A stretch of 64,000 nt of DNA from Deltaproteobacteria bacterium (GTDB taxonomy: Bacteria; JACQOV01). How positions within the stretch are numbered: position 1 is the stretch's first letter; each line of letters starts with the position of its first letter. The notes under the pieces are model-generated. The model ran no database searches, had not been told where the DNA came from, and saw nothing but the letters and a program-made list of their open reading frames with translations. Position numbers and translations under genes: made by a program. This document shows positions 46,909 to 57,105 of this stretch, one piece after another. Location: positions 1,335 through 65,334 of the forward strand of contig JACQOV010000095.1 of NCBI GenBank assembly GCA_016202395.1, written 5' to 3'.

Positions 46909-49224
46909 TTAAAAAAAGGTTCCTATTGAGAACTCAAATTGACTGCTCTTCTCATCTCCTTGTCGATCCAACGGAAATCCCCATTCAAATCGTAGAGGTC
47001 CCAAAGGAGAGAACCACCGCACTCCCACCCCGACCGATTCACGAAACTCAAAAATATCGATCTGCTCTTCTTCAGAGAAAGCGTTGCCGGTATCCAAGAA
47101 GAGAAGCCCTTTGACCTTCGCTTGCTCCACGATCGGAAAAAGGAGCTCTACGTTAAAGAGTAACATCTTATTGCCACCCAGTGTAAAGGTCTCCGAAGAG
47201 AAAGAACGATCCAAAAGGGTAGAAGGAAACTCCTCTGTCGATCCAATGGTTTGGAAATCAAATCCTCGCAAGGTATTGATCCCTCCAAGCCGAAAACGTT
47301 CCGAAAAAGGGAGAGGATCGCGCTCATCGGTAATGCCATAACCAAAACGCCCCCCCAAAGCGAGCACGGTCTTCCAAAAGAGAGGACGATAATAAGTGGA
47401 AGAGGTGGTGAGTTTCGTGAAATCAAAATCTCCGCCTAAAAAGTCGCCGGCTCGTTCCACAGCAACAGAGTGAACGGAACCTCTCGAGGTATCATAGGGG
47501 TGGTTGCGCGAATCATAGGCCCAACTGAGCGAGATGCTGCTGGTCACACCATCCTCAATTAAACTCAACGCGCCATCGAGAATGTCTGTAATCTCCACAT
47601 CTTCATAACGATAAGAGCTAAAGACTCGCGTATAGTCGCCCACTTTATAGCCAAGACGCAACGTTCCTCCTAAACTTGCGCGCGTAAATTCCGTGAATTC
47701 TCGACGGGAACGGAATAGGCTGATTCCTGTGGACCAACGGGTGTCGAAAAGATACGGTTCAAAGAATGAGAAATCAAAAAACTCCCTTCTCCCGCCAAAC
47801 TCGGTATTGAGGCTTACCCGCTGTCCCCGACCGAACAGATTTCCCAACGACAACCGTAGTGTTCCAACCAGTTGATCGACCGTGCTATACCCGAAACCTG
47901 CGCTCAGCGTTCCTGTTTGCCCTTCTTTAACTTGCACCAACACATCCATCAAATCTTCTCTCGTAGGCTCGGTTGTGATATTCATCTCCTCGAAGAAACC
48001 AAGCGCCTCGATTCGCTCCTTGCTTTGATGCAGTCCAGAGCTATCGTAAACTTGCCCTTCCACGATCTTCATCTCACGCCGAATCACTTTGTCGCGTGTC
48101 TTGGTGTTGCCCGACATCCGAATCTCATCGAAATAAACAAGATCCCCTTTTCGGATATCAAACGTGACGTCCACACGGCGTTTCTCCTCATCCACGCGAG
48201 TTAAAGGACTGACATCGGTAAAAGCAAACCCCAGGCTGGCGTAACGATCCGTCAATCGCCCGATATCCTCTCCTAGCTGGGAGCGACTGAAGACCTCCGA
48301 GGTTTTTGTTTCGATCTCGGAGAGAAGCTCCCGCTCCGTAAATAAAAGATCCCCCTGCACTTGGACATCACCCACAAAGAATTGTTCCCCTTCTTTTATG
48401 GTAAAGAAAATATCGACCCACCTTCGATCGGGGCTCAATGTGACACGGGGCCCATTGATTTGATGCTGGATGTACCCCTGATCAAAATAAAGACTGGAAA
48501 GGGCCAAGCGATCTCGATCTAAAAGATCCTCATCATATCGACCCGAGGAAGAGAGAAAAGAGAACAGGCCCGCCTCCCGCGTCACCATCATCTTTTTTAA
48601 TTCTTTCTCAGAAAAAACCGAATAGCCCGAAAAGTAAATGTGACGCACCTTTACACGATCTTTCTCTTTAAATCGAAACGTGATCTCCATCTCTCCAGGC
48701 TCTTTTTCTTCAACCGATCTTTCGATCTCCGCTAAAAAATATCCCTCCTCCACATAAAGATTTCTAAAGCGATCGATGCTCGCCTGAATCTTTCCCGGAT
48801 CGTAGAAATCCTTCACATGGATCTCTAAAACCTCCTGAAGATCTTCTGTTTTGACCTTTTTATTTCCCTCCCAATGAATGGCTTTAACAACCGGCTTCTC
48901 AATAACACGGTAGATCAAGATTACCCCTTCTTCTCTCTCCTCGATCTCCACTTGGATATCTTTAAAATATCCGAGCTCATAGAGTCGTTTCAGATCGTTG
49001 GAGATTGACTCCCGTGACAAAGGGGAGGCCACCGAGCTATGAATAGCGTCCCGTATGGCATCTTCTCCCACCAAACGAGCCCCTTCCACTCGGATCTCAA
49101 CGATCTTCCCCTCTCCCGTAAAGGCTATGGAATAAAATACCAAAATCGAGAGCGCTAAAAAATGACCTATTCTCCGCAAGAAATCTTCTCCGTTATAATC
49201 CATTTGAGGAAACAACCTGACCAT
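46909..49224 (-). CDS. bamA: outer membrane protein assembly factor BamA
   Basis: 771 aa. POTRA repeats and a C-terminal 16-strand beta-barrel ending ...FEFSIGTFF. Confidence 0.9.
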   Translation of the reverse strand: MVRLFPQMDYNGEDFLRRIGHFLALSILVFYSIAFTGEGKIVEIRVEGARLVGEDAIRDAIHSSVASPLSRESISNDLKRLYELGYFKDIQVEIEEREEGVILIYRVIEKPVVKAIHWEGNKKVKTEDLQEVLEIHVKDFYDPGKIQASIDRFRNLYVEEGYFLAEIERSVEEKEPGEMEITFRFKEKDRVKVRHIYFSGYSVFSEKELKKMMVTREAGLFSFLSSSGRYDEDLLDRDRLALSSLYFDQGYIQHQINGPRVTLSPDRRWVDIFFTIKEGEQFFVGDVQVQGDLLFTERELLSEIETKTSEVFSRSQLGEDIGRLTDRYASLGFAFTDVSPLTRVDEEKRRVDVTFDIRKGDLVYFDEIRMSGNTKTRDKVIRREMKIVEGQVYDSSGLHQSKERIEALGFFEEMNITTEPTREDLMDVLVQVKEGQTGTLSAGFGYSTVDQLVGTLRLSLGNLFGRGQRVSLNTEFGGRREFFDFSFFEPYLFDTRWSTGISLFRSRREFTEFTRASLGGTLRLGYKVGDYTRVFSSYRYEDVEITDILDGALSLIEDGVTSSISLSWAYDSRNHPYDTSRGSVHSVAVERAGDFLGGDFDFTKLTTSSTYYRPLFWKTVLALGGRFGYGITDERDPLPFSERFRLGGINTLRGFDFQTIGSTEEFPSTLLDRSFSSETFTLGGNKMLLFNVELLFPIVEQAKVKGLLFLDTGNAFSEEEQIDIFEFRESVGVGVRWFSPLGPLRFEWGFPLDRQGDEKSSQFEFSIGTFF

Positions 49225-49876
49225 CTTGAAGATGGAGACACCGATCCAAACGCTGTGCCCATATTGAATTATGGGTCGCGATGATCTGTGTTATTCCAAC
49301 GCTCTTTTGAATACTTCGCAAAAGATCGTAGATCCCCTCTCCGGTGTGCGTGTCCAAATTCCCTGTCGGTTCATCGGCCAGAAGGAGTTTGGGGCTTAAA
49401 ACCAGGGCACGGGCTATCGCAACTCTCTGTTGCTCTCCCCCTGAGAGTTCTGCAGGTCGATGCCCCATCCGATGGGATAAACCCACTTGATCCAAAAGAT
49501 CTTTAGCTCGACTTACCGCCTCTCTGTAAGGAAACCGACCAATGAGCGCTGGCATCAGAACATTCTCCAACGCCGAGAATTCGGTCAGCAGATGGTGAAA
49601 TTGGAAAACAAAACCGATGAATCGATTCCGAAACTGCGCGAGGGCCCGCGGAGAATGACGCGTAATCTCCTCCCCCTCGTATAGGATCTGGCCAGAGGTG
49701 GGTTGATCTAAAGTTCCCAACAGATGAAGCAAGGTGCTCTTGCCGGCGCCAGAGGCCCCCACAATTCCCACCATCTCCCCTTCTTGGATCTCTAAATGGA
49801 TCCCCTGCAGAACTGGGATAGCCCGATCCTGCATGGGATACGACTTAAAAAGGTTGCAAACTTGTAAAAAACCCAT
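49193..49876 (-). CDS. ABC transporter ATP-binding protein (LolD/MacB-like)
   Basis: [24 protein letters not shown] and [11 protein letters not shown]. Confidence 0.8.
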   Translation of the reverse strand: MGFLQVCNLFKSYPMQDRAIPVLQGIHLEIQEGEMVGIVGASGAGKSTLLHLLGTLDQPTSGQILYEGEEITRHSPRALAQFRNRFIGFVFQFHHLLTEFSALENVLMPALIGRFPYREAVSRAKDLLDQVGLSHRMGHRPAELSGGEQQRVAIARALVLSPKLLLADEPTGNLDTHTGEGIYDLLRSIQKSVGITQIIATHNSIWAQRLDRCLHLQDGQVVSSNGL

Positions 49877-50010
49877 AAAAAACGCTTCACTAGAAAGGTT
49901 AAATGGGCTACACTAACATAGCCTTGAGCAAACCTCAACCTTTTCAGGAAGCTCAAGTGTAGGGAGGAAGATGCTTTTTCTCCCACTTAAACCGAACAGA
50001 AAAAGGAGGT

Positions 50011-50484
50011 GTGGATATGAGCCGTTTTCTGAAGAGAGGAATCTTAGTCGTTCTACTCCCTGGGTTGCTGGGGATGGGGACATTCTCCGTCAACCCTCAA
50101 GAGGTTCCGATGCCGGAGGATAATTTTAAGGTCAAAGTGACCGATGATCTGGGGATCGTCACTGAAGTAAAACATTTCACCTGCGACGGCGACACCTCCG
50201 TTGCCGCGGAAAGAGGGAAAGCCCATTTGAGAATCCCTCTTGGAAATATTCAAAGAGTGAAGGTCTCCGCCGAGGACTCCTCTACAATGGAGAAAGTGGA
50301 GATCCAGGTCACGCTGAATGAGGGAACAACACTCACTGCGATCGGGATGGCAAAACAACGATGCCAAGGGATTACAATCTTAGGAAACTATTCGATCAAA
50401 TTCTCGGAGATTCGCTCTATTGAAGTGATCGCCTTGGAGCGCGCTAAACCTCTTAACGGGGGCGAGTTTCCTCCAACCAATTAA
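50011..50484 (+). CDS. hypothetical secreted protein
   Basis: 157 aa with a signal-peptide-like N-terminus. No motif. Confidence 0.4.
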   Translation: MDMSRFLKRGILVVLLPGLLGMGTFSVNPQEVPMPEDNFKVKVTDDLGIVTEVKHFTCDGDTSVAAERGKAHLRIPLGNIQRVKVSAEDSSTMEKVEIQVTLNEGTTLTAIGMAKQRCQGITILGNYSIKFSEIRSIEVIALERAKPLNGGEFPPTN

Positions 50485-51544
50485 GAATAAAAGGGAAAAC
50501 TTCTTTGGGAGCGGATTCCCCCACCAGGAGATCGCTATGGCCGTAATCGATAGAATCCCCATTGGCACGACTGAACTCACGGAACACCTTTTCAGAAGAA
50601 CCCAGATGTTCGTAGGCGTAAAGAACCGCCTCCGTCGGGGCTAAGTGATCCACATTCCCAGCGATAATTAAAGCGGGAGCCTCAATTCGATAGAGATTTT
50701 TTTGATAACTCCATTGACGATCCACCCTTCGAAAATCTTTGGAGTCGATCCAATCGAGCCACTGCTCAAATTCTGCCGTCGTGACAGGACTTGGCACGTT
50801 CGCCAACGCATACCACACCATCTGACGCGTCACGTTGTCAGGATTGAGCATGAGATGAGCAAACCAGGTGTTGGGAGGAATCAGGAGGAGAAAAGGGAAA
50901 AACCACCGAGATAAGGTTTCAACGTACAAGGCATCCCACGGCCCTTTCACAAAGTTTTGGGCTAATTTGCGAGCTTCAGGCCGAAGCTCAAAAAAATCGT
51001 GAAGATAATCAAAACGAGCCGGGGATCCGGCAGTCACGATCCGCAGGGAAAAAGGGGCGGAGTGTGTGGAGAGATAAGCATAAATCGCCATCCCCCCTAA
51101 ACTGTGACCGATCCAAACCAGATCCGAGGATTGAGCATGCTCTGAAACAAAATGAAGGACCGCGGGGAGATCTTGAAAAACGTAATCATCAAAGGTCCAG
51201 TTGTATGGGGCCTTCCCTCCCCCCACGCGATGGCTGTTTCCTGCTCCACGACGCTCCACCACCCAAGCCTCATACCCACTTCGCCAAAGGAAACGGGCTA
51301 AACTGTACTTTTCATCCAGATCGAGATTAAAGCGGTTCGCCCCCAATCCATGACAAAGGATCACCGTCCCCTTCGGTTCCCCCTCCGTTGGATAATGGTA
51401 GAGGGGCAAAATCCACCCGTCGTCCGTGGCGACATCGTATCGCTCCGGCGCTGGGATCTCTAGGCGATAAAAAGAACGAAGGATAAATGAAAAAAGAGGG
51501 ATTAACAAAAAACAAATTAAAATTAGCACAAAGTATTTCATCAT
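50453..51544 (-). CDS. alpha/beta-fold hydrolase (tandem paralog 1)
   Basis: Nucleophile elbow GHSLGG. N-terminal TM/signal. Confidence 0.75.
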   Translation of the reverse strand: MMKYFVLILICFLLIPLFSFILRSFYRLEIPAPERYDVATDDGWILPLYHYPTEGEPKGTVILCHGLGANRFNLDLDEKYSLARFLWRSGYEAWVVERRGAGNSHRVGGGKAPYNWTFDDYVFQDLPAVLHFVSEHAQSSDLVWIGHSLGGMAIYAYLSTHSAPFSLRIVTAGSPARFDYLHDFFELRPEARKLAQNFVKGPWDALYVETLSRWFFPFLLLIPPNTWFAHLMLNPDNVTRQMVWYALANVPSPVTTAEFEQWLDWIDSKDFRRVDRQWSYQKNLYRIEAPALIIAGNVDHLAPTEAVLYAYEHLGSSEKVFREFSRANGDSIDYGHSDLLVGESAPKEVFPFILNWLEETRPR

Positions 51545-51556
51545 GGCATATCTTTT

Positions 51557-51610
51557 CCCCTCACCCTTTTCCCTCTCCCCGCTAAGCGGGGAGAGGGTAG
51601 GGGTGAGGGG
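51557..51610. repeat. 54-bp GC-rich palindromic element, family B, copy 3
   Basis: cccctcaccc-tttt-ccctctccccgc-taag-cggggagaggg-tag-gggtgagggg, nearly perfect. Lies between the two hydrolase paralogs. Confidence 0.8.
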
Positions 51611-52762
51611 TCAAAAATCGGTTTGATTGAGCCAACTCACAATAAAGGGAAACACCTCATAGGGAGCCTCTCTTCCCAAAATAAGATCGATATGACCATA
51701 ATCGTCTCGATCCCCATTCCATCGGCCAAATTCCCGAAAAGTTTTCTCCGTGGAAGAGGCCTGTTCGTACGCGTAAAGAACTGCCTCCGTCGAGACAAGA
51801 TTATCGACACTCCCCGCAATAAAAAGGGCCGGGACATCCATCTTAGAAAGATGATCTCGGTAACTAAATTTTCGATCGGCAGCTCTAAAATCGCCCGAGG
51901 TCGCCCAATCATACCATTGCCGCCATTCCAATACCGGGAGATCCTCCCACGAATTGGCGTGCAACTGCCAAAAGTCCCTTTCATCCAGGTTTTCAGGATT
52001 AAACAACACGTGCCACAACCATTGATCATGAGGAGAGACCATGAGCCAGGGATAAAATGTCCGCGCCAGAGTTCTCAACGGCAAGGTTTTGAGTGGGCCA
52101 TTAACCGACCGCCACGCCACCTTTTGGAGCAAAGGGTTCCTTTGGAAAAAATCATGAAGATATTGAAACTCTCCTGGAGAGGCGATCGAAACCAATCGAA
52201 AGGGGGGCTCCACCTCATGGGTCGTGAGATACGCATACATCACCATGCCGCCCGCGCTATGCCCTAGCCACACCAGGTCCGAGGTCTTTGCCTGTTGTCG
52301 AACAAACTTTAAGATGGCTGGGAGATCTTTCACCACATAATCATCAAAGTTCCAATCGTAAGGTTTTTTAGCCCCACCCATTCGGTGGCTATTTCCTGCC
52401 CCACGTCGTTCCATCACCCAAGCCTCATAGCCTTCTCTAGCCAGATACCGAGCCAGGCTGTTCTTCTCATCGAAATCCAGATCAAACCGGTTCACAGACA
52501 AACCGTGGCAGAGGATCACGGAGGCTTTCGGTTTCGTCACCCCTTGCGCCGGATAGTAGTAAAGAGGCAAAACCCATCCATCTTCCGTCACCACCTCGTA
52601 TCGCTCTGTTTCGGCCGTCTCCAAGCGATAGGATGCGGGAATAAAACAGGCCGAGAAAGGCAAGAGAACAAGAAGAGTCTTGCATAGAAGGAAAAGAGGC
52701 CGCATCGGATCTCTTTTAAGGAATCCGGACAAGGCTAGGAAGCTCATCAAAACCTCGATCAA
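51611..52762 (-). CDS. alpha/beta-fold hydrolase (tandem paralog 2)
   Basis: Nucleophile elbow GHSAGG. About 50% identical to paralog 1 across the full length. Confidence 0.75.
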   Translation of the reverse strand: MIEVLMSFLALSGFLKRDPMRPLFLLCKTLLVLLPFSACFIPASYRLETAETERYEVVTEDGWVLPLYYYPAQGVTKPKASVILCHGLSVNRFDLDFDEKNSLARYLAREGYEAWVMERRGAGNSHRMGGAKKPYDWNFDDYVVKDLPAILKFVRQQAKTSDLVWLGHSAGGMVMYAYLTTHEVEPPFRLVSIASPGEFQYLHDFFQRNPLLQKVAWRSVNGPLKTLPLRTLARTFYPWLMVSPHDQWLWHVLFNPENLDERDFWQLHANSWEDLPVLEWRQWYDWATSGDFRAADRKFSYRDHLSKMDVPALFIAGSVDNLVSTEAVLYAYEQASSTEKTFREFGRWNGDRDDYGHIDLILGREAPYEVFPFIVSWLNQTDF

Positions 52763-53111
52763 AAGAGAAGATCCTTTCGATTTTTAAACGTTTCATTTGG
52801 GCCGCATGAATCGCATCTCGAGCCGAGAGATTCGGATAAGAAAAAAGAATATCCTTCGCAGAAAGAACATCGTGTTCTATCATGGGATACACCTCATCGA
52901 CCATCCCATATAAGGCATCAAAAGCGGGTTGTATGGCTTCCTTGTTTTGAACAGCCGTGTACCGGTGCATGATTTCCTGAAAGACCTCCGTATTGGTGAC
53001 AAGTCGCTCTTTTTCGCTAACCAACCTTTCTAGCAGGATTTTGGCCTCTCTTTTACACGGATGATCACCGCCAATCAGATACATCGGGACGTTGGAATCG
53101 ATGAAAATCAC
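52716..53111 (-). CDS. vapC: PIN-domain toxin (VapC family), second copy
   Basis: MIFIDSNVPMYL N-terminus with PIN acidic residues. Confidence 0.75.
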   Translation of the reverse strand: MIFIDSNVPMYLIGGDHPCKREAKILLERLVSEKERLVTNTEVFQEIMHRYTAVQNKEAIQPAFDALYGMVDEVYPMIEHDVLSAKDILFSYPNLSARDAIHAAQMKRLKIERIFSFDRGFDELPSLVRIP

Positions 53112-53353
53112 CCGAGATATCCTTTTTCGATTTCATCCAACATGCGATCGATATCGGCGGTAGGAAAATGATGTTTATAGGCAACACGAATGCTGTCTAA
53201 CTTTTGAGAAGGATCCCTGCGAGACTTCTGCTCCACCGTCTGGCGCAAAATTCGACGCACCCATTCCCCTAGACTCAAACCTGCTTGGTGAGCTAGGGTC
53301 TGAAAAGTGCGATATTCCCTGGGAGCCATTAAAACTTGTAATCTCTTACTCAT
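53108..53353 (-). CDS. antitoxin for VapC (small DNA-binding protein)
   Basis: 81-aa ORF immediately upstream of vapC with overlapping stop/start. Confidence 0.55.
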   Translation of the reverse strand: MSKRLQVLMAPREYRTFQTLAHQAGLSLGEWVRRILRQTVEQKSRRDPSQKLDSIRVAYKHHFPTADIDRMLDEIEKGYLG

Positions 53354-53453
53354 AGGATGAGTATACCCTACTCACCTTAAAAGTCAACTTTCCCAAAATA
53401 ATCTACCCCCTCTATGTTGTCGTAATGAAAATATCTGCTATAATCATGCCGCT

Positions 53454-54821
53454 ATGAAAATCACTTTTGTGGGAGCCGGATATGTAGGGCTTGTCAGCGG
53501 GGCGTGCCTCTCTGATTTCGGGCATGAGGTCACATGCATTGACACAAACCCGGAAAAGATTGAACTCTTAAGCCGAGGGAAAAGCCCAATCTATGAGCCT
53601 GGATTAGAACCTCTTCTTCAAAAAGGGATAGGGCTGAAGCGTCTTTCCTTTACCACCGACTGGAATCAAGCCATCCCTGAGGCCGATGTGGTCTTTATCG
53701 CTGTTGGAACCCCCTCCTCCCGACGGGGAGATGGCTACGCCGACTTGAGCTATGTTTACTCCGCGGCTCGGACTTTAGCCCCACTCCTGAAGGGATACAC
53801 GGTGGTGGTGAACAAATCGACCGTTCCTGTTGGAACTGCCCGAGAAGTTTCCCGAATTATCAAAGAGGTGAATCCTTCCACCGATATCGATGTGGCTTCC
53901 AACCCTGAATTTTTGCGAGAAGGGGCGGCTATTTACGATTTTACTCATCCAGATCGGATTGTGATTGGAGCGGATTCCGAAAGGGCGCAGGAAAAATTGA
54001 AGGAGGTTTATCGACCTCTGTATCTTGCCAATACCCCTTTTGTTGCTACCAATCCTGAAACCGCGGAGCTCACCAAATATGCTTCCAATGCTTTCTTAGC
54101 CACAAAAATCAGTTTTGTGAACGAAATGGCTAATCTTTGTGAAGCGGTTGGAGCCCATGTGGGAGACCTGGTTCATGGACTCGGACTGGACAAACGAATT
54201 GGCCCGAAGTTTTTGCATCCTGGACCGGGCTATGGCGGCTCTTGTTTTCCTAAGGATACTCTTTCACTCGTGCGAATCGCTCAAGAACACGGGGCTCCCA
54301 CTCGAATCGTAGAAACCGTGGTGGAGGTCAACAACGCTCAAAAGGCCCGAATGGTCCGTAAAATCCGCCAGGCTTTGGGAGGGAATGAATCGGGAAAAAC
54401 CTTAGCGGTGCTGGGTCTTACCTTTAAGCCAGAAACCGATGATTTGCGGGAGGCTCCAGCGTTTTCCATACTTCCCCCTCTCATGGAAAAAGGATTGCGG
54501 ATCCGAGCCCACGATCCCGTGGGAATGATTGAGGCCAAGAGACTCCTCCCCGAAATCTTCTATTGCGGCAATCCCTACGAAGCTTGCGAAGAGGCCGACG
54601 CAGTCTGTTTAATGACCGAATGGAATCAGTACCGAGCCCTTGATTTAGAACGGGTGAAAAGCAAGATGCGCCAGCCTATCTTCATTGATTTGCGTAACGT
54701 TTACACACCTGAAATCATGAAACAAGCAGGTTTCTATTATGTGAGTATTGGAAAGAAAGATGTAATGACTCTTTTAGAATCACAATGGCCCCAAAAGAAA
54801 GAAAAAAGAGGCTCTTTGTAA
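53454..54821 (+). CDS. ugd: UDP-glucose 6-dehydrogenase
   Basis: 455 aa. N-terminal MKITFVGAGYVG and a catalytic Cys (GGSCFPKD). Confidence 0.9.
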   Translation: MKITFVGAGYVGLVSGACLSDFGHEVTCIDTNPEKIELLSRGKSPIYEPGLEPLLQKGIGLKRLSFTTDWNQAIPEADVVFIAVGTPSSRRGDGYADLSYVYSAARTLAPLLKGYTVVVNKSTVPVGTAREVSRIIKEVNPSTDIDVASNPEFLREGAAIYDFTHPDRIVIGADSERAQEKLKEVYRPLYLANTPFVATNPETAELTKYASNAFLATKISFVNEMANLCEAVGAHVGDLVHGLGLDKRIGPKFLHPGPGYGGSCFPKDTLSLVRIAQEHGAPTRIVETVVEVNNAQKARMVRKIRQALGGNESGKTLAVLGLTFKPETDDLREAPAFSILPPLMEKGLRIRAHDPVGMIEAKRLLPEIFYCGNPYEACEEADAVCLMTEWNQYRALDLERVKSKMRQPIFIDLRNVYTPEIMKQAGFYYVSIGKKDVMTLLESQWPQKKEKRGSL

Positions 54822-55345
54822 TTTTCGCCGCGGGAAAGGATCGCCCCGGGATCGCTGCAGGTTTAACCGAGGCCCTTTACCGAACCGGTTGCAACATCGA
54901 GGACTCCACGATGACCCTCTTGAAGGGTGAATTCTCGATCATCCTCACCGTGACGGCCTCTTCGAAGCTCGCTTTTCAAACCTTAGAGAAAGAAATCCAA
55001 AAAGTAGCGGAGCGATTGAGCCTCTACACCAGCGTCAAGAAAGTTTCTCATCCCCCATTCCTCAAAAATTCCAAAGGAGTTCCCTACCGAATCACTTTGT
55101 ATGGAACCGATCATCCGGGAATCGTTTATGGGGTGACAAAGTATCTGGCGCAGAAAAAGATCAATGTGATCGACCTCCAAACGAAATCGATCCCCCAGAA
55201 AAAAGGGACCCTCTATTCCATGGTGATCGAAGTGGACATCCCCAAACAAAGAAGTGTCAAACAGGTTGGCTCAGATCTCCAATCGATCGCCAAAAAACTT
55301 CGAGTCACCTTAGACTTCGATGCCATCGATGTGGTGACTCTCTAA
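54785..55345 (+). CDS. ACT-domain protein (two ACT domains; GcvR/UPF0237-like)
   Basis: Two ACT-like segments (VIFAAGKDRPGIAAGLTEAL and ITLYGTDHPGIVYGVTKYL). Confidence 0.6.
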   Translation: MAPKERKKRLFVIFAAGKDRPGIAAGLTEALYRTGCNIEDSTMTLLKGEFSIILTVTASSKLAFQTLEKEIQKVAERLSLYTSVKKVSHPPFLKNSKGVPYRITLYGTDHPGIVYGVTKYLAQKKINVIDLQTKSIPQKKGTLYSMVIEVDIPKQRSVKQVGSDLQSIAKKLRVTLDFDAIDVVTL

Positions 55346-55350
55346 AAGCT

Positions 55351-55845
55351 ATGGCTCCCCTGCCTATTCGGCTCTACCCCGATCCTTTGCTAAAAAAAGT
55401 CGCGCAAGAAGTGGCGCAATGGGACTCTTCCTTGCAATGCCTGATCAACGATATGATTGAGACTCTCTACCATTCTCCCGGTGTGGCCCTCGCGGCCCCT
55501 CAAGTGGGGCATTCGATTTGTCTCACCGCAATCGATGTTTCCAGGAGTCCTCGAGCAGGGGAAAATCATGGGCTGATCATCCTTATCAACCCTCGAATTA
55601 TTCAATGGGAAGGGGAACACCGATTTCGGGAAGGGTGCTTAAGCGTTCCAGAATTTTTGACGAACTCGGTTCGGGCAGAAAAAGTTCGAGTGAAAGCTTT
55701 GAATCGAAATGGAATTCCTCAAGAGTTTCATTGTGAAGGATTAGAAGCCATTGCCGTGCAACACGAGATCGACCATTTTGAAGGCAAACTCATCCTCGAC
55801 CACGTCCGTTCCCCCCGCGACCTCTTCCGCCGAAAAGAGCGTTGA
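55351..55845 (+). CDS. def: peptide deformylase
   Basis: Motifs GVALAAPQVG, EGCLSVPE and QHEIDHFEG. Confidence 0.9.
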   Translation: MAPLPIRLYPDPLLKKVAQEVAQWDSSLQCLINDMIETLYHSPGVALAAPQVGHSICLTAIDVSRSPRAGENHGLIILINPRIIQWEGEHRFREGCLSVPEFLTNSVRAEKVRVKALNRNGIPQEFHCEGLEAIAVQHEIDHFEGKLILDHVRSPRDLFRRKER

Positions 55846-55908
55846 AATCTTGGGGGGGGACTCCTCCTGGGCCACGAGTCAAGCGATTTTGTGGCGTTTA
55901 TTCCACTC

Positions 55909-57066
55909 TTATCTTATAATTTCACCGGACCAAAGTTTCCTTAAAAAATCTAAAACGGGTAAAACTTCCATCTCCTCGAAAACAGCTTTCCGTTCTCCAC
56001 CAAACACTCCATAGCCCTTTACTTTTGTCTTTCCCATCTCCTCACAAACCATCTTTAAACCGCGCTGATAACGACTTTCCCACCGTGTCCCTACTTTGCA
56101 TTCTATGGCAACGAATCCCTTCTGAGTTTCAAAAAGAAAATCCACTTCGACTCCATTGTGGTTGCTCCAAAAATAAACAGGATACCCTAATTTGGAATAA
56201 GTCATGTAGGCCCTCAATTCGTGCAAAATCCAGGTTTCCAATAAAGGACCTAACTCTTCCTGCGTAGGAGGATACGGCAAACGTTCCGACAACGCACGAA
56301 CCACTCCAGAATCGAAAAAATAAAATTTAGGATGAACAACCTGCTTGGTAGCTCTCTTGAGTTTCCAGGGGAATAACCAAGATCCGACTAAAGTATCTAT
56401 TAGAATATTAAAATAGCCCTGCACCGTCTGACGAGCTACTTGTGCATCTCGTGAGATCCCTGACACATTGGTGACTTGACCATTTTGGCGAGCGGCTATC
56501 TCCAAAAAACGACCAAAATGACCAATATTTTGAGTCAAAGCTTCCCCTTTGATCTCCTCCCCTAAGTAAACCTCAGCATAGGTTTTTAAATAGGATCCCG
56601 GATCCGATCCAGTCACAGCCATGGGCAACATTCCATATTGCAAAATCCGAAACGGCTCCATCTTGAATTCTATCTCGGCAGACACCAATGGAAAAAATTG
56701 CGCCATTCGAGCCCTTCCCGCTAAAAGGTTAGTCCCTCCGCGCTTCAACTTTCTGGCGCTCGAACCACAAAGAACAAATCGAATGCGATGTTTCTCTATG
56801 AGACGATGAACCTCATTCAACAAATCCGGAACCTTTTGAACCTCATCCAGAACCACCCAACTGTTGGGTTTCAAAGGATGAAGCTCCCTATACAAAAGCC
56901 CCGGCTCTTTGCTCAATCGAAGAGATTCTTCGGTATTCAGCAAATCATAGGTTGGAACATCCCGAAAATTCTGGTGAATCCACGTGGATTTTCCTGTCCC
57001 ACGAGGCCCCAAAAGAAGGATGGACGTTTCAGGCACTTCTAGGATTCTTGTATACATATACAGCAA
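55909..57066 (-). CDS. AAA family ATPase with C-terminal DUF4143-like domain
   Basis: Walker A GPRGTGKST; about 385 aa. Confidence 0.7.
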   Translation of the reverse strand: MLYMYTRILEVPETSILLLGPRGTGKSTWIHQNFRDVPTYDLLNTEESLRLSKEPGLLYRELHPLKPNSWVVLDEVQKVPDLLNEVHRLIEKHRIRFVLCGSSARKLKRGGTNLLAGRARMAQFFPLVSAEIEFKMEPFRILQYGMLPMAVTGSDPGSYLKTYAEVYLGEEIKGEALTQNIGHFGRFLEIAARQNGQVTNVSGISRDAQVARQTVQGYFNILIDTLVGSWLFPWKLKRATKQVVHPKFYFFDSGVVRALSERLPYPPTQEELGPLLETWILHELRAYMTYSKLGYPVYFWSNHNGVEVDFLFETQKGFVAIECKVGTRWESRYQRGLKMVCEEMGKTKVKGYGVFGGERKAVFEEMEVLPVLDFLRKLWSGEIIR

Positions 57067-57105
57067 TTATACTGGAAATATGCTGTATGTCAATGCATTT
57101 TTAGG

